From NCBI GenBank assembly GCA_049515895.1, contig JBEKTQ010000002.1, forward strand, positions 64,001-128,000: 64,000 bases of DNA, read 5' to 3'. Of the stretch, positions 19,965-29,938 are shown one piece after another. A program made the position numbers and the translations under genes. The notes below the pieces were generated by a model. The model did no database searches, had not been told where the DNA came from, and saw nothing but the letters and a program-made list of their open reading frames with translations. Every line of letters starts with the position of its first letter. The first letter of the stretch is position 1. This stretch comes from Candidatus Bathyarchaeia archaeon (lineage in GTDB: Archaea > Thermoproteota > Bathyarchaeia > Bathyarchaeales > Bathycorpusculaceae).

Positions 19965-21794
19965 TTACTTGACAGTAACGCACTTCGCCAGGTTTCTTGG
20001 CATATCAGGGTTGAATCCTTTTTCAAGTGCAACATAATACGCTAAAAGCTGCAGGGGCAACGCAAAAGGAATCGGCGACAAAACACCCGGAATACCCTTT
20101 GGAACCTCAATGTAATCATCAGCCAACACTTTGATATCCTCGTCTCCTTCCTCAACAACCGCAATTATGTGGGCGCCTCTGGCTTTCATTTCCATAATGT
20201 TGCCAATCAGCGTCTTGTGACAATCGTCCCTGGGGCAAACGAAAACCACTGGGAACCCATTCTCGATGAGGCTGATTGGGCCGTGTTTACTTTCGCCTGC
20301 AGGAAACGCCATCGAAGGAATATACGCGATTTCCATCAGCTTGAGTCTGCCTTCATATGCAGTGGCGGTGCTGATTCCTCTACCCAAGAAAAAGAACACT
20401 TTAGAATCTTTGTATTTCTTGGCGATTTGCTTAACTTTTTCCTCTTGGGTATTAACTATCGTATTGGCAATTTCAGGCAATTTAGCCAAGTTTTCTTCAA
20501 GACTGTCCATTTCGTCCTGAGAAACTTTGCCTCTCTTCTTTGCTAGCCTAAGCGCAAGCTGCGCCAACACTGAAAGCTGGGAAGTAAAAGTTTTCGTAGC
20601 TGCAACGCCGATCTCGGGACCGGCTTGCGTGCCGATGTAAACGCGGGAAATCCGTGTTAAAGAAGAGCCGATCACATTTGTTAAGCTTAAGATTGTGGCT
20701 GCGCGTTGCTGGGCACAGGTAACTGCAGCTATGGTGTCAGCTGTCTCGCCTGATTGGCTAACCGCTAAAATGGTGCTGTCGATGCTTACTGATTTGCCAT
20801 GTTGCTCTATAAATTCTGAAGCATAAACAGGGTGAGTCGGCAAGAAGGCCAGCTTAGAGAACATGTATGACGCCGCTAAACATGCATGGTAGCTTGTTCC
20901 GCATGCGACAAGGAATACTTCGTTCGCACGGTCCAGAAAAGTGGTTAGTAAATCCAAGTAATGCTCCTGCATTCTTAGCGTGTTGCGAAGAGTGTCAGGC
21001 TGTTCATGAATCTCTTTGATCATAAAGTGTGGGTAGCCTTGTTTGATAGCCATTTCCGCTGACCACTCGATAGTTTCTGGTTCCCGACTTACAGGGCTGG
21101 AATCCTGGATCTTCTTAATCTCATAACCTTGCGCTGACAGAATAACCATTTCACCGTTATTTACCATGACTGCCTTGTTGGTAACTGGCAGAAAAGCGGG
21201 AATATCAGAAGCACAAAAAACGCCCTTCCCGTTGATGCCTAAAACCAAAGGGCTCTCGTTTCTTGCGCAGATAATCTTGTCAGGCTCTTTTGTTGAGATT
21301 ACGGCAAGAGCATATGATCCTTCAAGACGCTTGATGCTTTCTTGCACCGCGTCGGCAAAAGAAAGTTTTGGGTTCTGTTTGAGGGTTTGCTCAATCAGGT
21401 GTGAGATTACTTCTGTGTCTGTTTTGGAAACAAAGGTGTGGTCAAGATTTTCTAGTTCTGTTCTAAGGTCCATGAAATTCTCAATGATTCCGTTATGAAC
21501 GACCATTATTTCGCCTGTGCAGTCAGAGTGAGGGTGAGAGTTGATTTTTAGGGGTGCGCCATGTGTTGCCCATCGAGTGTGACCGATCCCAATGTTTCCT
21601 GGTAAATCGTCAAGGTTTAGGATTTTATGAACCTCGTCGATTTTTCCTTGGTCCTTTTTTAGGTAAATCTTGTTGTCCGAAATTGTCGCTATGCCAACTG
21701 AATCATAGCCTCGATATTCAAGCCGTTTAAGTGATGAATGTATGAGAGGAGCGGCGTTTCCTTCTTTTAATACGCAACCAAATATTCCACACAT
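19965..21794 (-). CDS. glmS: Glutamine-fructose-6-phosphate transaminase
   Basis: N-terminal MCGI, YRGYDS, GHTRWATHG, SQSGETAD, KHGP, PRNLAK. Confidence 0.97.
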   Translation of the reverse strand: MCGIFGCVLKEGNAAPLIHSSLKRLEYRGYDSVGIATISDNKIYLKKDQGKIDEVHKILNLDDLPGNIGIGHTRWATHGAPLKINSHPHSDCTGEIMVVHNGIIENFMDLRTELENLDHTFVSKTDTEVISHLIEQTLKQNPKLSFADAVQESIKRLEGSYALAVISTKEPDKIICARNESPLVLGINGKGVFCASDIPAFLPVTNKAVMVNNGEMVILSAQGYEIKKIQDSSPVSREPETIEWSAEMAIKQGYPHFMIKEIHEQPDTLRNTLRMQEHYLDLLTTFLDRANEVFLVACGTSYHACLAASYMFSKLAFLPTHPVYASEFIEQHGKSVSIDSTILAVSQSGETADTIAAVTCAQQRAATILSLTNVIGSSLTRISRVYIGTQAGPEIGVAATKTFTSQLSVLAQLALRLAKKRGKVSQDEMDSLEENLAKLPEIANTIVNTQEEKVKQIAKKYKDSKVFFFLGRGISTATAYEGRLKLMEIAYIPSMAFPAGESKHGPISLIENGFPVVFVCPRDDCHKTLIGNIMEMKARGAHIIAVVEEGDEDIKVLADDYIEVPKGIPGVLSPIPFALPLQLLAYYVALEKGFNPDMPRNLAKCVTVK

Positions 21795-21857
21795 ATCCTA
21801 AGCCTCGCTTTGAAGACAATACATGACGTTATGGTCGGAAGTTTCGCTAATAAGCAT

Positions 21858-21901
21858 TTTTAGCATTTCAGTTTGACTGCTAAAAAAAACTTTGTAGCAG
21901 T
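21858..21901. promoter_or_regulatory. Inverted repeat, candidate operator between glmS and the ArsR-type regulator
   Basis: ACTGCTA (21876-82), 12-nt spacer, TAGCAGT (21895-901); extra TTTTAGCA half-site at 21858. Confidence 0.4.
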
Positions 21902-22017
21902 TTTTCCTACTTCTTCATACGAACGGTCACTTACAGGTCAGAGCGCAGTCTGATTCTCCTGCACCACTATAAATAAATTTTTTATAGTACTAGTTTCTTA
22001 TTCATCAGGACAAACCT

Positions 22018-22980
22018 ATGGACAAAAAACTTCTACTCCAAGATAACGGCAATATGCAAGAAATAAAAGAAATCAGCATGATAAACGATTCGCAAAAACT
22101 AAAAATGGTGCTGGGCAGCCTAAGCTGGAAAATCCTAACCATGCTTTCAAAAAAAGAGATGTACCCCTTAGAAATCGCAAAGCAGCTGGGAATGCACGAA
22201 CAAAAAATCTACTACCATATAAGAAAACTTGCCAAAGCAGGCGCAATAACAGTTGAGCGGGAAGAAAAAAAGAAAGGGGCAACCGCAAAATACTATAAAA
22301 CTGTCTCACCGGCCTTCGGAATCGAGTTCCCTTATGGGTACAAACCAATCCGGAACATGTGCACCTTAAGCTTGGACAAGCAGCTTCAAGATTTCTTCAA
22401 AGAATTCATCAGCAACGGCGTTTTCGACGGTAAAATAGTCGTAGGTAGCCCTCAGCCGCACGGTCCCTTCAAAACCAGCGCCAGAGACGGACACTACGCG
22501 GCACATTTGGCTCTTTTTTTGGGGCAATTCGCGAAAATGCCAAGTGAATTTGCGGTTAAGCTGGACGTTGACGTTAAAGTGGAGAAAGAAGAAAAAAACA
22601 ACCTGATCCTTGTCGGCGGCCCAGGCACAAACCTTCTCACGCAGGAAGTAAACGAGTACTTGCCTATCAAATTCATAATGCAATCATCCGAACAGGGATT
22701 TCTGCTGGGAGGTTTATCTTCGGAAAAAACTTTTCAGGTTTACACTTCTGATGTTTCAGGTTTAGTTGCCAAGATCGTTAATCCATGGGACAATACCAAA
22801 CGTATCGTCATCTTGGCAGGTAACAAAGCGGTCGGGACAAAAGCTTGCGTTTTGGCTTTGACTAATTTCTGGAAGAAAACCCTGCAGAAATACAAGGGAC
22901 AGGACACCTTTGCGGTGGTGATCCAGGGTTTCGATCTGGACGGAGACGGCAAGGTGGATTCCATCGAGGTCAATGAATAA
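22018..22980 (+). CDS. ArsR-type HTH regulator fused to an alpha/beta C-terminal domain
   Basis: MYPLEIAKQL...IYYHIRKL..AG HTH; NLILVGGPGTN; terminal DLDGDG. Confidence 0.75.
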   Translation: MDKKLLLQDNGNMQEIKEISMINDSQKLKMVLGSLSWKILTMLSKKEMYPLEIAKQLGMHEQKIYYHIRKLAKAGAITVEREEKKKGATAKYYKTVSPAFGIEFPYGYKPIRNMCTLSLDKQLQDFFKEFISNGVFDGKIVVGSPQPHGPFKTSARDGHYAAHLALFLGQFAKMPSEFAVKLDVDVKVEKEEKNNLILVGGPGTNLLTQEVNEYLPIKFIMQSSEQGFLLGGLSSEKTFQVYTSDVSGLVAKIVNPWDNTKRIVILAGNKAVGTKACVLALTNFWKKTLQKYKGQDTFAVVIQGFDLDGDGKVDSIEVNE

Positions 22981-23415
22981 TTGGTTTCTAAAGAAACAAA
23001 AGAAACAGTCCTGGCTTTTGGGCATGGGAACATTCAAGCTGTTCACCCTTCAACTTTGATGTTTACAAAAGAGAACCATCTTTCAAGAACAGGCGACTGC
23101 ATTATCGCTGTGGCGGCGAATAAAGCCGTGGCGGACTTAAACTGTGAATTCAAGGAAAACCTAAAAAAACCAAACGCCAAACTATCTGTAATAATTGAAG
23201 TTGAAAGTTTAACTCAGCAGGTAAACGCCTTTGGTTCGCCAAAACTGCTTCTAACCGACCCGACTGACATGGTGATTAGAAAAAGCGAGTATATCTCAGG
23301 CAGGACGTTGGCAGTCCACGCTGACAAATCATCCAATGACTTGCCAAGAGAATTCGTTGAAAAACTGAAAAATCCTCAACAGAAAATAAAGATAACCTTC
23401 ATCGTTAAAACCTAA
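22981..23415 (+). CDS. DUF371 family protein
   Basis: GH.NI.A.H.STL..TKE.HLS..GDCII, VIRKS.Y. Confidence 0.88.
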   Translation: MVSKETKETVLAFGHGNIQAVHPSTLMFTKENHLSRTGDCIIAVAANKAVADLNCEFKENLKKPNAKLSVIIEVESLTQQVNAFGSPKLLLTDPTDMVIRKSEYISGRTLAVHADKSSNDLPREFVEKLKNPQQKIKITFIVKT

Positions 23416-24482
23416 GAGATTTTAGCGTCCAAAACGAACTGGGCCTCGTAGGGCGCAGTTTCACGAACGCTTTTGACACAAAGAAAATTCTCTACCCTTC
23501 GTCCTGCTTTCTCAACGGCATCGCAAAAACGAAGTTTTAGGTTTCCAGCGGAATCGGGCAAACGGACAAAACCGTAAAAATGTATTACCCCACCGTGAAG
23601 CTTAATTGCTTGGCAAGCGGCATCGACGAACTCGATGGCTGTTTCAGGCAGATTCATTATAATACGATCAGCTGAGCCCTTAAGTTTATCAGCAGTGATT
23701 TGTCTTGCGTCCCCCAGAATAGGAAAAACCCTGTTTTCAACCCTGTTAGCCCTCACGTTAGCCTTAAGCAGCTCAACGGCTTCTGGATTAATGTCAACAG
23801 CAAAAACCCGAACTCCCGGGTTATTTTTTCCAATTAACACTGAGAAGGGTCCGACCCCAGCAAACAAGTCCACCACAGTCTCGCCTTCGCGCACGAGCGT
23901 AGCTACCCGCATGTGCTCGTGTGAAAGCCTAGGTGAAAAATACGCCTTTGCCAAGTCAACATGATATCGGCATCCAAATTCCTTGTGGACTGTTTGGGTT
24001 TTATTTTCTCCGCCGATAAAAGTGAGTTCGCGCAGCCGAAATGTCCCGCTTATTGATCCTGCCTTCGCAAGCACTGTCTTGATGTTTTTGTGTGCTCTGA
24101 GGATTGCTTCCCCAATTATCCCCTCAAAAGGTTTGAGTTCTAGTGGGATTTCAATGATAGCTATGTCGCCCACTATGTCGAACGCTTGAGGCAGGCTAGT
24201 TAGCAGGTGAGGCGAAAGCCTCGTTTCAAGCGCTTGAATGAAGGTTGTTGCCGTCGGCTGCTTTTGGGTGAAAACTCCAGTCTCAAATTGATATTCGGGC
24301 ACTTGGCTCTTCAAAGTTGCTGACTCGTTTTCTTCAAGCTGGCGAACTATAGGGATGCATAAGTTTCTTTCATCCTTTTGGATCTCCAATGACTTGTCCA
24401 ACACCCCGAGTTTGCTGACTAACGCAATTGTGTTTTCTCCCTGAGCTTTCGGAACTTTTATGCAAGCCGCTATTCTCTGCAT
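23412..24482 (-). CDS. trm5: tRNA (guanine37-N1)-methyltransferase Trm5 family
   Basis: DIVGDIAI, YFSPRL..E, DLFAGVGPF, DINP, RIIMNLP. Confidence 0.9.
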   Translation of the reverse strand: MQRIAACIKVPKAQGENTIALVSKLGVLDKSLEIQKDERNLCIPIVRQLEENESATLKSQVPEYQFETGVFTQKQPTATTFIQALETRLSPHLLTSLPQAFDIVGDIAIIEIPLELKPFEGIIGEAILRAHKNIKTVLAKAGSISGTFRLRELTFIGGENKTQTVHKEFGCRYHVDLAKAYFSPRLSHEHMRVATLVREGETVVDLFAGVGPFSVLIGKNNPGVRVFAVDINPEAVELLKANVRANRVENRVFPILGDARQITADKLKGSADRIIMNLPETAIEFVDAACQAIKLHGGVIHFYGFVRLPDSAGNLKLRFCDAVEKAGRRVENFLCVKSVRETAPYEAQFVLDAKIS

Positions 24483-24486
24483 GGTA

Positions 24487-25524
24487 TCAGCTACTTTTTT
24501 CTATCCTGTAGAGGTTGTTTGCCTTTTGAATCGTGAATTTGACGTTTAACATTCTTTCCATCAACCAAATGTTAGAGTCGATATGCTCAGTGACTGTTCT
24601 GGCAAAGAAGGCTGATTTACCCCGTGCCAACGCCATGTAGGGAATTAACATGTCAGCCAAGAAAACGTCGACAGTTGGCTTCGCAGACAACTCTTCGACG
24701 AGTTTTTCCGCGGCTTCCTTTCCCACCGCTTCTGCCGTCTTGCGTAGTTGGCCGATGGCGTCAGCACCAATGATAAGGCCATTGTTGGTTTTGGCCCATA
24801 GAACGATTGAGCTGCCTTTCTGGAAGGGGTTCGACTCATCGTTTATGATTTGAATATCAGCGGTGTACCCGTTTAGCGAGAGGTAGTTTCTTGCAGCCTT
24901 CGCCTGCCGCTCTGCAACTTGTCTATCAGCCAAAAAAGTGCAGACAGAAACTCCGCTCACGCTTTTTAAATTGCCGAAATTCTCCAGAATAACGGGTTTC
25001 AGCGTTCGGTTGGGGCTGGAGGTCAAAGTGGCGTCACCCATTCCCTTGGGGTAGTAGCCGTATTTCTGGACAGTGATTTCAGCCTCAGCGCCCATTTGCT
25101 TCAGCATCGGCAAAAATACATTTCGCAGGTAGTTGATTGTCGGTGCGTGGATTGTGTCCGTTCCTCCCTTAGCAACGTGCAGGCGCACAGCATTGTCAGC
25201 AAACAAACAGATCGGCATCACCGCTAAAAGCAGCATCGGGATACTTCCAGCAGTTTCGATTATGGCTTCGACGTTGCCACCCCTTATTTGCTGAGGAGTG
25301 AACCAGAGCTCTCTTGAACCTAAATCCGCCCCCTGCACTTTAGCGTTACATAGTTTGGCCGCAGAAAGCACTGCTTCGAGATGCTGAGGCTTCAAGCCTG
25401 GTTGCGGTCGATTCTGTCTGATGTTATAAATGTGCAGCTGCTGGTTTGTGATTGCTGCCAATGCTACAGAAAGGCGAAGAATCGTGCCGCTGCCACTTTT
25501 TTGGCCTCCATCAATTTCAATCAT
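24487..25524 (-). CDS. rtcA: RNA 3'-terminal phosphate cyclase
   Basis: MIEIDG..GSGTILR, IRQNRPQPGLKPQH, GGTD, GYYPKG, catalytic His in TEHIDSN; start moved to ATG 25524. Confidence 0.93.
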   Translation of the reverse strand: MIEIDGGQKSGSGTILRLSVALAAITNQQLHIYNIRQNRPQPGLKPQHLEAVLSAAKLCNAKVQGADLGSRELWFTPQQIRGGNVEAIIETAGSIPMLLLAVMPICLFADNAVRLHVAKGGTDTIHAPTINYLRNVFLPMLKQMGAEAEITVQKYGYYPKGMGDATLTSSPNRTLKPVILENFGNLKSVSGVSVCTFLADRQVAERQAKAARNYLSLNGYTADIQIINDESNPFQKGSSIVLWAKTNNGLIIGADAIGQLRKTAEAVGKEAAEKLVEELSAKPTVDVFLADMLIPYMALARGKSAFFARTVTEHIDSNIWLMERMLNVKFTIQKANNLYRIEKSS

Positions 25525-25618
25525 CCTGTTTTCTTCCTGAATCCGACCTGTAGTTTGAGTTTGCAAACAATTAATAAGCGTCTTGGGATTATTTAGGAGT
25601 TTAAAGGAAGCGTTAGTG

Positions 25619-26029
25619 ATGAGCATTGAAAAGGAAAAGCTAATTGAACTGGCTAATAAAGTTGAAGAGCTTACCATTAAACTATCCAAAGTTTCCGAAG
25701 AGTTGAAATCTGTTTCCACATCGCTAAAGTCTCTGGTAACTGGTCAAATCAACCAGCCTATGCCGCCCGCTCAAGCTGTTCAAGCCCCAACCTCGCAAGC
25801 AACAGGGCAAAAGGTGCGAACGCTTGAGGAGATTCGAATGTCTTTTCCTGAGGAGTTGGAGAGCCTATTGGGTTTTGAGGAAAAAGGCGACTACATAATA
25901 ATTAAGCTGATGGGTTTCCTTGGGTCCGAAAAATTTGCAAAAATCGCGTCGGCCGTCCGGGGCATGGGAGGAGAATACATCAGCGCTGGGAAAGAATCGC
26001 ATTTCAGAGTGCCAAAGAAAAAAACCTAA
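25619..26029 (+). CDS. Hypothetical protein (coiled coil, Q/P/A linker, small alpha/beta domain)
   Basis: Heptad N-terminus, low-complexity linker, GGEYISAGKESHFRV terminus; divergent from rtcA. Confidence 0.7.
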   Translation: MSIEKEKLIELANKVEELTIKLSKVSEELKSVSTSLKSLVTGQINQPMPPAQAVQAPTSQATGQKVRTLEEIRMSFPEELESLLGFEEKGDYIIIKLMGFLGSEKFAKIASAVRGMGGEYISAGKESHFRVPKKKT

Positions 26030-26069
26030 GTTCGCCTCATCTCGCGGCTCTTTTCAAATTTTTGCGCGA

Positions 26070-26348
26070 CTAATAAACAACTTTGAAATTTTGAAATTCA
26101 CTTGCAAACTTCGCGAATTCTACCTCAACGTTCGTTATCTGAGCGCCCCATGGTCCTTTCTTGCAGAAATCTATCAAGGCTTTTACATCGTTTTCTCCGC
26201 CTTCAAAAACCGCTTCCACCCTGCCATCATCCAAGTTGCGGACCCACCCATTTACCCCATGGTTTTCTGCCTGCTGCTTGGTTTCTTGCCTAAAGAACAC
26301 TCCTTGGACAACGCCGCTGACAAAAACATGCGCTCGAAGTTTAGCCAT
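26070..26348 (-). CDS. acyP: Acylphosphatase
   Basis: VSGVVQGVFFR, GWVRNLDDGRVE. Confidence 0.95.
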   Translation of the reverse strand: MAKLRAHVFVSGVVQGVFFRQETKQQAENHGVNGWVRNLDDGRVEAVFEGGENDVKALIDFCKKGPWGAQITNVEVEFAKFASEFQNFKVVY

Positions 26349-26421
26349 TATTCTTTCTCGGCAGATATTGGGTTGCTCAAGTCTAAAAATCTATTTAAGA
26401 AAAAAAGAAGAAGACAGTATT

Positions 26422-26880
26422 TTACCATGCTTTGATTTTTTCGCCCACAGTATATAAGAAAAGGCTAGCTGAAGCTGGGCCCAAATGTTTGAATTTGCTT
26501 GTTAAATCTTTCACGACCGCATCGTAATTTTTGGATTTGTCTAAGCTATCCAAGTATGCCTGGAAGGAGCCGAATCGTTCTTTTATCGCTTTGAATCCTC
26601 GGGCGTTATATATGATTGCTTCAACTTTGGACCGATTTCGCACGATTCCTTCGTCCTTCAATAGCCGTTCAACGTCTGCAGGTGTGAAGCATGCAACTTC
26701 ATTTATGCTAAAGTTCGCGAAAGCTTTTCGGGTCGTTTGCCACTTGTTGTCGATTACGTGCCAGTTTAAGCCTTCTTGAAAAATCACTCGGCACATGTTC
26801 TCAAAATATGTTTCGTCGTTGGCTGGGCGATTTTCTTTGCACCACCATTCAGGCATCTGCCAATGATGTTCTTCCATCAA
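26422..26880 (-). CDS. tag: DNA-3-methyladenine glycosylase I-like
   Basis: D...FE....IFQ.GLNW..I..K, AF..F, GIVRNRSK..A...NA, FKHLGP. Confidence 0.85.
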   Translation of the reverse strand: MMEEHHWQMPEWWCKENRPANDETYFENMCRVIFQEGLNWHVIDNKWQTTRKAFANFSINEVACFTPADVERLLKDEGIVRNRSKVEAIIYNARGFKAIKERFGSFQAYLDSLDKSKNYDAVVKDLTSKFKHLGPASASLFLYTVGEKIKAW

Positions 26881-26894
26881 AATGACTCCTTAGG

Positions 26895-27335
26895 CTACTT
26901 CCATTCCCAGACTGTGATGTTGGTCTCCATCCACATTGGGTCAAGCGCTTCAAACGTGACGAGTGCAACTACATCGTTTACCCAAGCAAGTTTCTCAGAC
27001 ATTGTCATAAAGCTCCACAAGCCGACGGCTGTTGGTTTAGCACCTGGAGCGGGCATCTTCATGAGGTCAAAGCCTTTGACGACGCACATGTCACCGGTCA
27101 TAGTCATCAATATTCCTTGATCTTTCGCTGCTGAAATGCCCTTAGGCGGAGCCATCATTTTGGCTGTCACATGCAAGTTGCCGTCCACCCCTTTCGCTTT
27201 GCCCATACCTTTCATGTTAGCAGACCACGAATACATCGAAACAACGCCTTCCATCCCAACGGATTTTATGAAGCCCGGCCCATCGCTTTTGCCTTTGCCT
27301 TCCCATAGTTTTTCGCCAATAACCATTATTTTCAC
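26895..27335 (-). CDS. Hypothetical protein, beta-rich
   Basis: 146-aa ORF with GAGGTG SD-like site overlapping the listed start (real start may be a few codons in); no recognised motif. Confidence 0.7.
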   Translation of the reverse strand: MKIMVIGEKLWEGKGKSDGPGFIKSVGMEGVVSMYSWSANMKGMGKAKGVDGNLHVTAKMMAPPKGISAAKDQGILMTMTGDMCVVKGFDLMKMPAPGAKPTAVGLWSFMTMSEKLAWVNDVVALVTFEALDPMWMETNITVWEWK

Positions 27336-27504
27336 CTCACACTAAGATTGGAACTTTTCCTTGCCATTTAAGCGAATGTTGGTGTATCTTCACAACAACA
27401 ATTAGTAAGCCTTCACTTTCAGTCACCCCTCCCATTACCTGAACAGTCGCTTCAAGGCCTGCTTTAAAAGGAAATTTGGGAGATTTGGTGTTGGCGAATG
27501 TGTC

Positions 27505-27843
27505 ATGTTCAAAGAGAACAACGGGAAGCTGATGATTTACACCTCAAAAGGCGATCCACACCGGAAGCGATTGGAGTCAGTTAGAACTGCCACACAGCAA
27601 ACAGCTAAACGGTTAAACCTAAACTTCGAAATAAAAAAGCTCCATGGGAGCGCAACGCCGATCTACGTTTACTATGAAGACGACAGTGACGACGACCCTA
27701 TTCCGCTTTACTGTGACGAAGGAAAAACATCGGGTTTAGACGAGATAAGCTCGGCACTTAGAAGCATGATGTTTGTTTTATCCTTTCACCCTAAGCATGC
27801 TGCACTACAGCAGATGAGAAAGGAAATTCTTAAATTTTCCTAA
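27505..27843 (+). CDS. Hypothetical protein
   Basis: 112-aa ORF filling the gap between neighbours; MMFVLSFHPKH motif. Confidence 0.7.
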   Translation: MFKENNGKLMIYTSKGDPHRKRLESVRTATQQTAKRLNLNFEIKKLHGSATPIYVYYEDDSDDDPIPLYCDEGKTSGLDEISSALRSMMFVLSFHPKHAALQQMRKEILKFS

Positions 27844-28153
27844 AGCAAATTGCTTGGTTTTGCAGTACGACCTCGTAGACTTGGTTTACGTCGAAGTTTA
27901 TTCCCAAACTGTCGTATTCCTGCTCAGTTAGGAACAGAATGATTTTCGGCGTTGCAAGCTGGGTTTTCTGCGGCAGGAAGGGCATTTGTTGTTGTAGCGC
28001 TTGCATGATATCCTGCGCCATTTTTGCCTCGTCCGACTGAGGTCTTAGCACGTACGGGTTGACTTCTCGCTCTTCCAACAGTTCAATCCTTTTTCCAAGG
28101 TTGCCGTCCAGGTCACGATTCGACTCAATTTTGCTAACTCTTACGCGGAACAT
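27830..28153 (-). CDS. Arcadin-1 homologue
   Basis: Pattern RIEL.EE.E...SDEA...Q....PKI.LFLTE.EY..LG...V..V.E recalls Pyrobaculum arcadin-1. Confidence 0.7.
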   Translation of the reverse strand: MFRVRVSKIESNRDLDGNLGKRIELLEEREVNPYVLRPQSDEAKMAQDIMQALQQQMPFLPQKTQLATPKIILFLTEQEYDSLGINFDVNQVYEVVLQNQAICFRKI

Positions 28154-28239
28154 TCAGGTCACTCTAAGTTAGCAAATATTACGTAACACACATTTAATTG
28201 TTTACGCCAACAGCATCGCAGTTCCCCTATCAAGAACTA

Positions 28240-28830
28240 CTAGGGCTCATGGGAAGAACCGCTGTAAGTTTGTTTTTTGATTTCTCTTAGTCGATTGTCA
28301 ATCTTTCTAAGCCTATCCTTCATCGACTTAATCAATTCATACGTGTGTTGACGCTCATGCTCAAGATGTTTGAGATTTTCCTCACTGTTGGGATCATCCT
28401 CGTGGAAAGGAGTGAAAAAGGAAGGAAGGTTCGGCATCGAATCGGTTATGTTCTCGATATTGAGGACGTCTCTCGCGAATTCCCGAAAAAGATTGCCGAT
28501 ATTATTTGAGATTTCAGCCTGCTTCACGATTGCCCGTCGAAGAATAAGTTCGCCCGATTTTGTGATTTTATAAACTTTGAGCCTGCGGTTTTTTTGGGTT
28601 TGCCATTGACCCTTAATGTACCCACACTCTTCTAAATCCCGCAGAATTGGATAGACGCCGCCTGGCGTTGGCTGCCAGAAGCCTCGAGTGCGGCCGTTGA
28701 TCTCCTTCATTATTTCGTATCCGTGGGCTGGTTTCTTGTTGAGTAGAATAAGAACTCCCATGCGAATGTAGCCTTTCTGCGCTTCTTTCAGCCAGTTTTC
28801 AGTTGTCTTTTCTTCAGTTTCCGAGGTCAT
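28240..28830 (-). CDS. PadR-family transcriptional regulator
   Basis: HGYEIMK, W.P.PG.VYP.L..LE..G.I, Y.IT..G; C-terminal coiled coil. Confidence 0.92.
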   Translation of the reverse strand: MTSETEEKTTENWLKEAQKGYIRMGVLILLNKKPAHGYEIMKEINGRTRGFWQPTPGGVYPILRDLEECGYIKGQWQTQKNRRLKVYKITKSGELILRRAIVKQAEISNNIGNLFREFARDVLNIENITDSMPNLPSFFTPFHEDDPNSEENLKHLEHERQHTYELIKSMKDRLRKIDNRLREIKKQTYSGSSHEP

Positions 28831-28876
28831 TATTTTTCGAATCTATACTATACTTGGGTAATACTTATATTTTATC

Positions 28877-28888
28877 GCAATATATTGC
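28877..28888. promoter_or_regulatory. Palindrome GCAATATATTGC, candidate PadR operator
   Basis: Perfect 12-bp palindrome in the short divergent padR/ABC intergenic region. Confidence 0.5.
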
Positions 28889-28921
28889 AATGAATAATAT
28901 TCAAACATAGAGGTCAACAAA

Positions 28922-29938
28922 ATGGCAACCGACTCAATAATTGAGGTCAAGAGCCTTACAAAAATGTTCGGCAAATTCACAGCCTTAGACAACATATCTT
29001 TCGACGTCAAAAAAGGCGAAATCTTCGGTTTGCTCGGACCTAACGGGGCAGGCAAAAGCACCACTCTGCGTCTACTCTCAACCTTAGCGCGCCCAACCAG
29101 TGGAACCGCGACCATAGGCGGCTTCGATATTGTTAAAGAAGACACTGAAGTGCGCAAGCTTATCGGCATCGTCTCCGAGAAAATGATAATGTACAACCGC
29201 TTAACCGCCAGAGAGAACCTTTGGTTTTTCGGCAGCCTCTTCAACATTCCAAAAGATATCTTATCCAAACGAATCGATGAACTTCTCAATCTGGTTCAGC
29301 TGACCCAGTGGAAAAACGCTCAAGTAGGCACTTTTTCAACAGGCATGCGCCAAAGAATGAACGTGGTTCGAGCTTTACTAAACACTCCTCAGGTGCTGTT
29401 TTTGGACGAGCCCACACTAGGTTTAGATCCTCAATCGTCGGTTGAAATCAGGGAGTTCATCCGGAAGCTAAACCGGGAGAACGGCACAACCGTCATCATA
29501 ACCACTCACATGATGGTTGATGCTGACTTACTATGCGACCGCATAGCCATTGTTGACCACGGAAAAATAGTAGCATTAGACACTTCAGCTAATTTGAAAA
29601 AACTTGTTTCAGGAACGGATACAACCATAATGAAACTTATCATCCCCAATCTCTCGTCTGTCCTAATTGAAAAACTTCAAGCGCTTCAATGTGCAGACGC
29701 AGTCACTCAAGAAAACCAGACAGAACTTAAAATTTTGGGTCATGGGAAAGACGCGTTTGATAATATTATTGATACTATACGAGAGAACCGCGGAAACATC
29801 AGTTCTATGGAAAACCTTCAACCAACCCTTGAAAATGTGTTCCTTCACATTACAGGTCATCAAGTACGCGACAGCGCAGACCAAAAAATTCCATCTGAGC
29901 ATAAGCGTTTTGGTGCACCCCAAAGGAGAATCAGGTGA
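28922..29938 (+). CDS. ABC-2 exporter ATP-binding subunit (DrrA-like)
   Basis: GPNGAGKST, FSTGMRQR, LFLDEPT, TTH. Confidence 0.93.
   Translation: MATDSIIEVKSLTKMFGKFTALDNISFDVKKGEIFGLLGPNGAGKSTTLRLLSTLARPTSGTATIGGFDIVKEDTEVRKLIGIVSEKMIMYNRLTARENLWFFGSLFNIPKDILSKRIDELLNLVQLTQWKNAQVGTFSTGMRQRMNVVRALLNTPQVLFLDEPTLGLDPQSSVEIREFIRKLNRENGTTVIITTHMMVDADLLCDRIAIVDHGKIVALDTSANLKKLVSGTDTTIMKLIIPNLSSVLIEKLQALQCADAVTQENQTELKILGHGKDAFDNIIDTIRENRGNISSMENLQPTLENVFLHITGHQVRDSADQKIPSEHKRFGAPQRRIR

Noticed and set aside
24487-24700. Possibly inactive RtcA (VDVFLAD lacks His)
   Set aside because: The adenylated His lies in the downstream TEHIDSN motif and is present.
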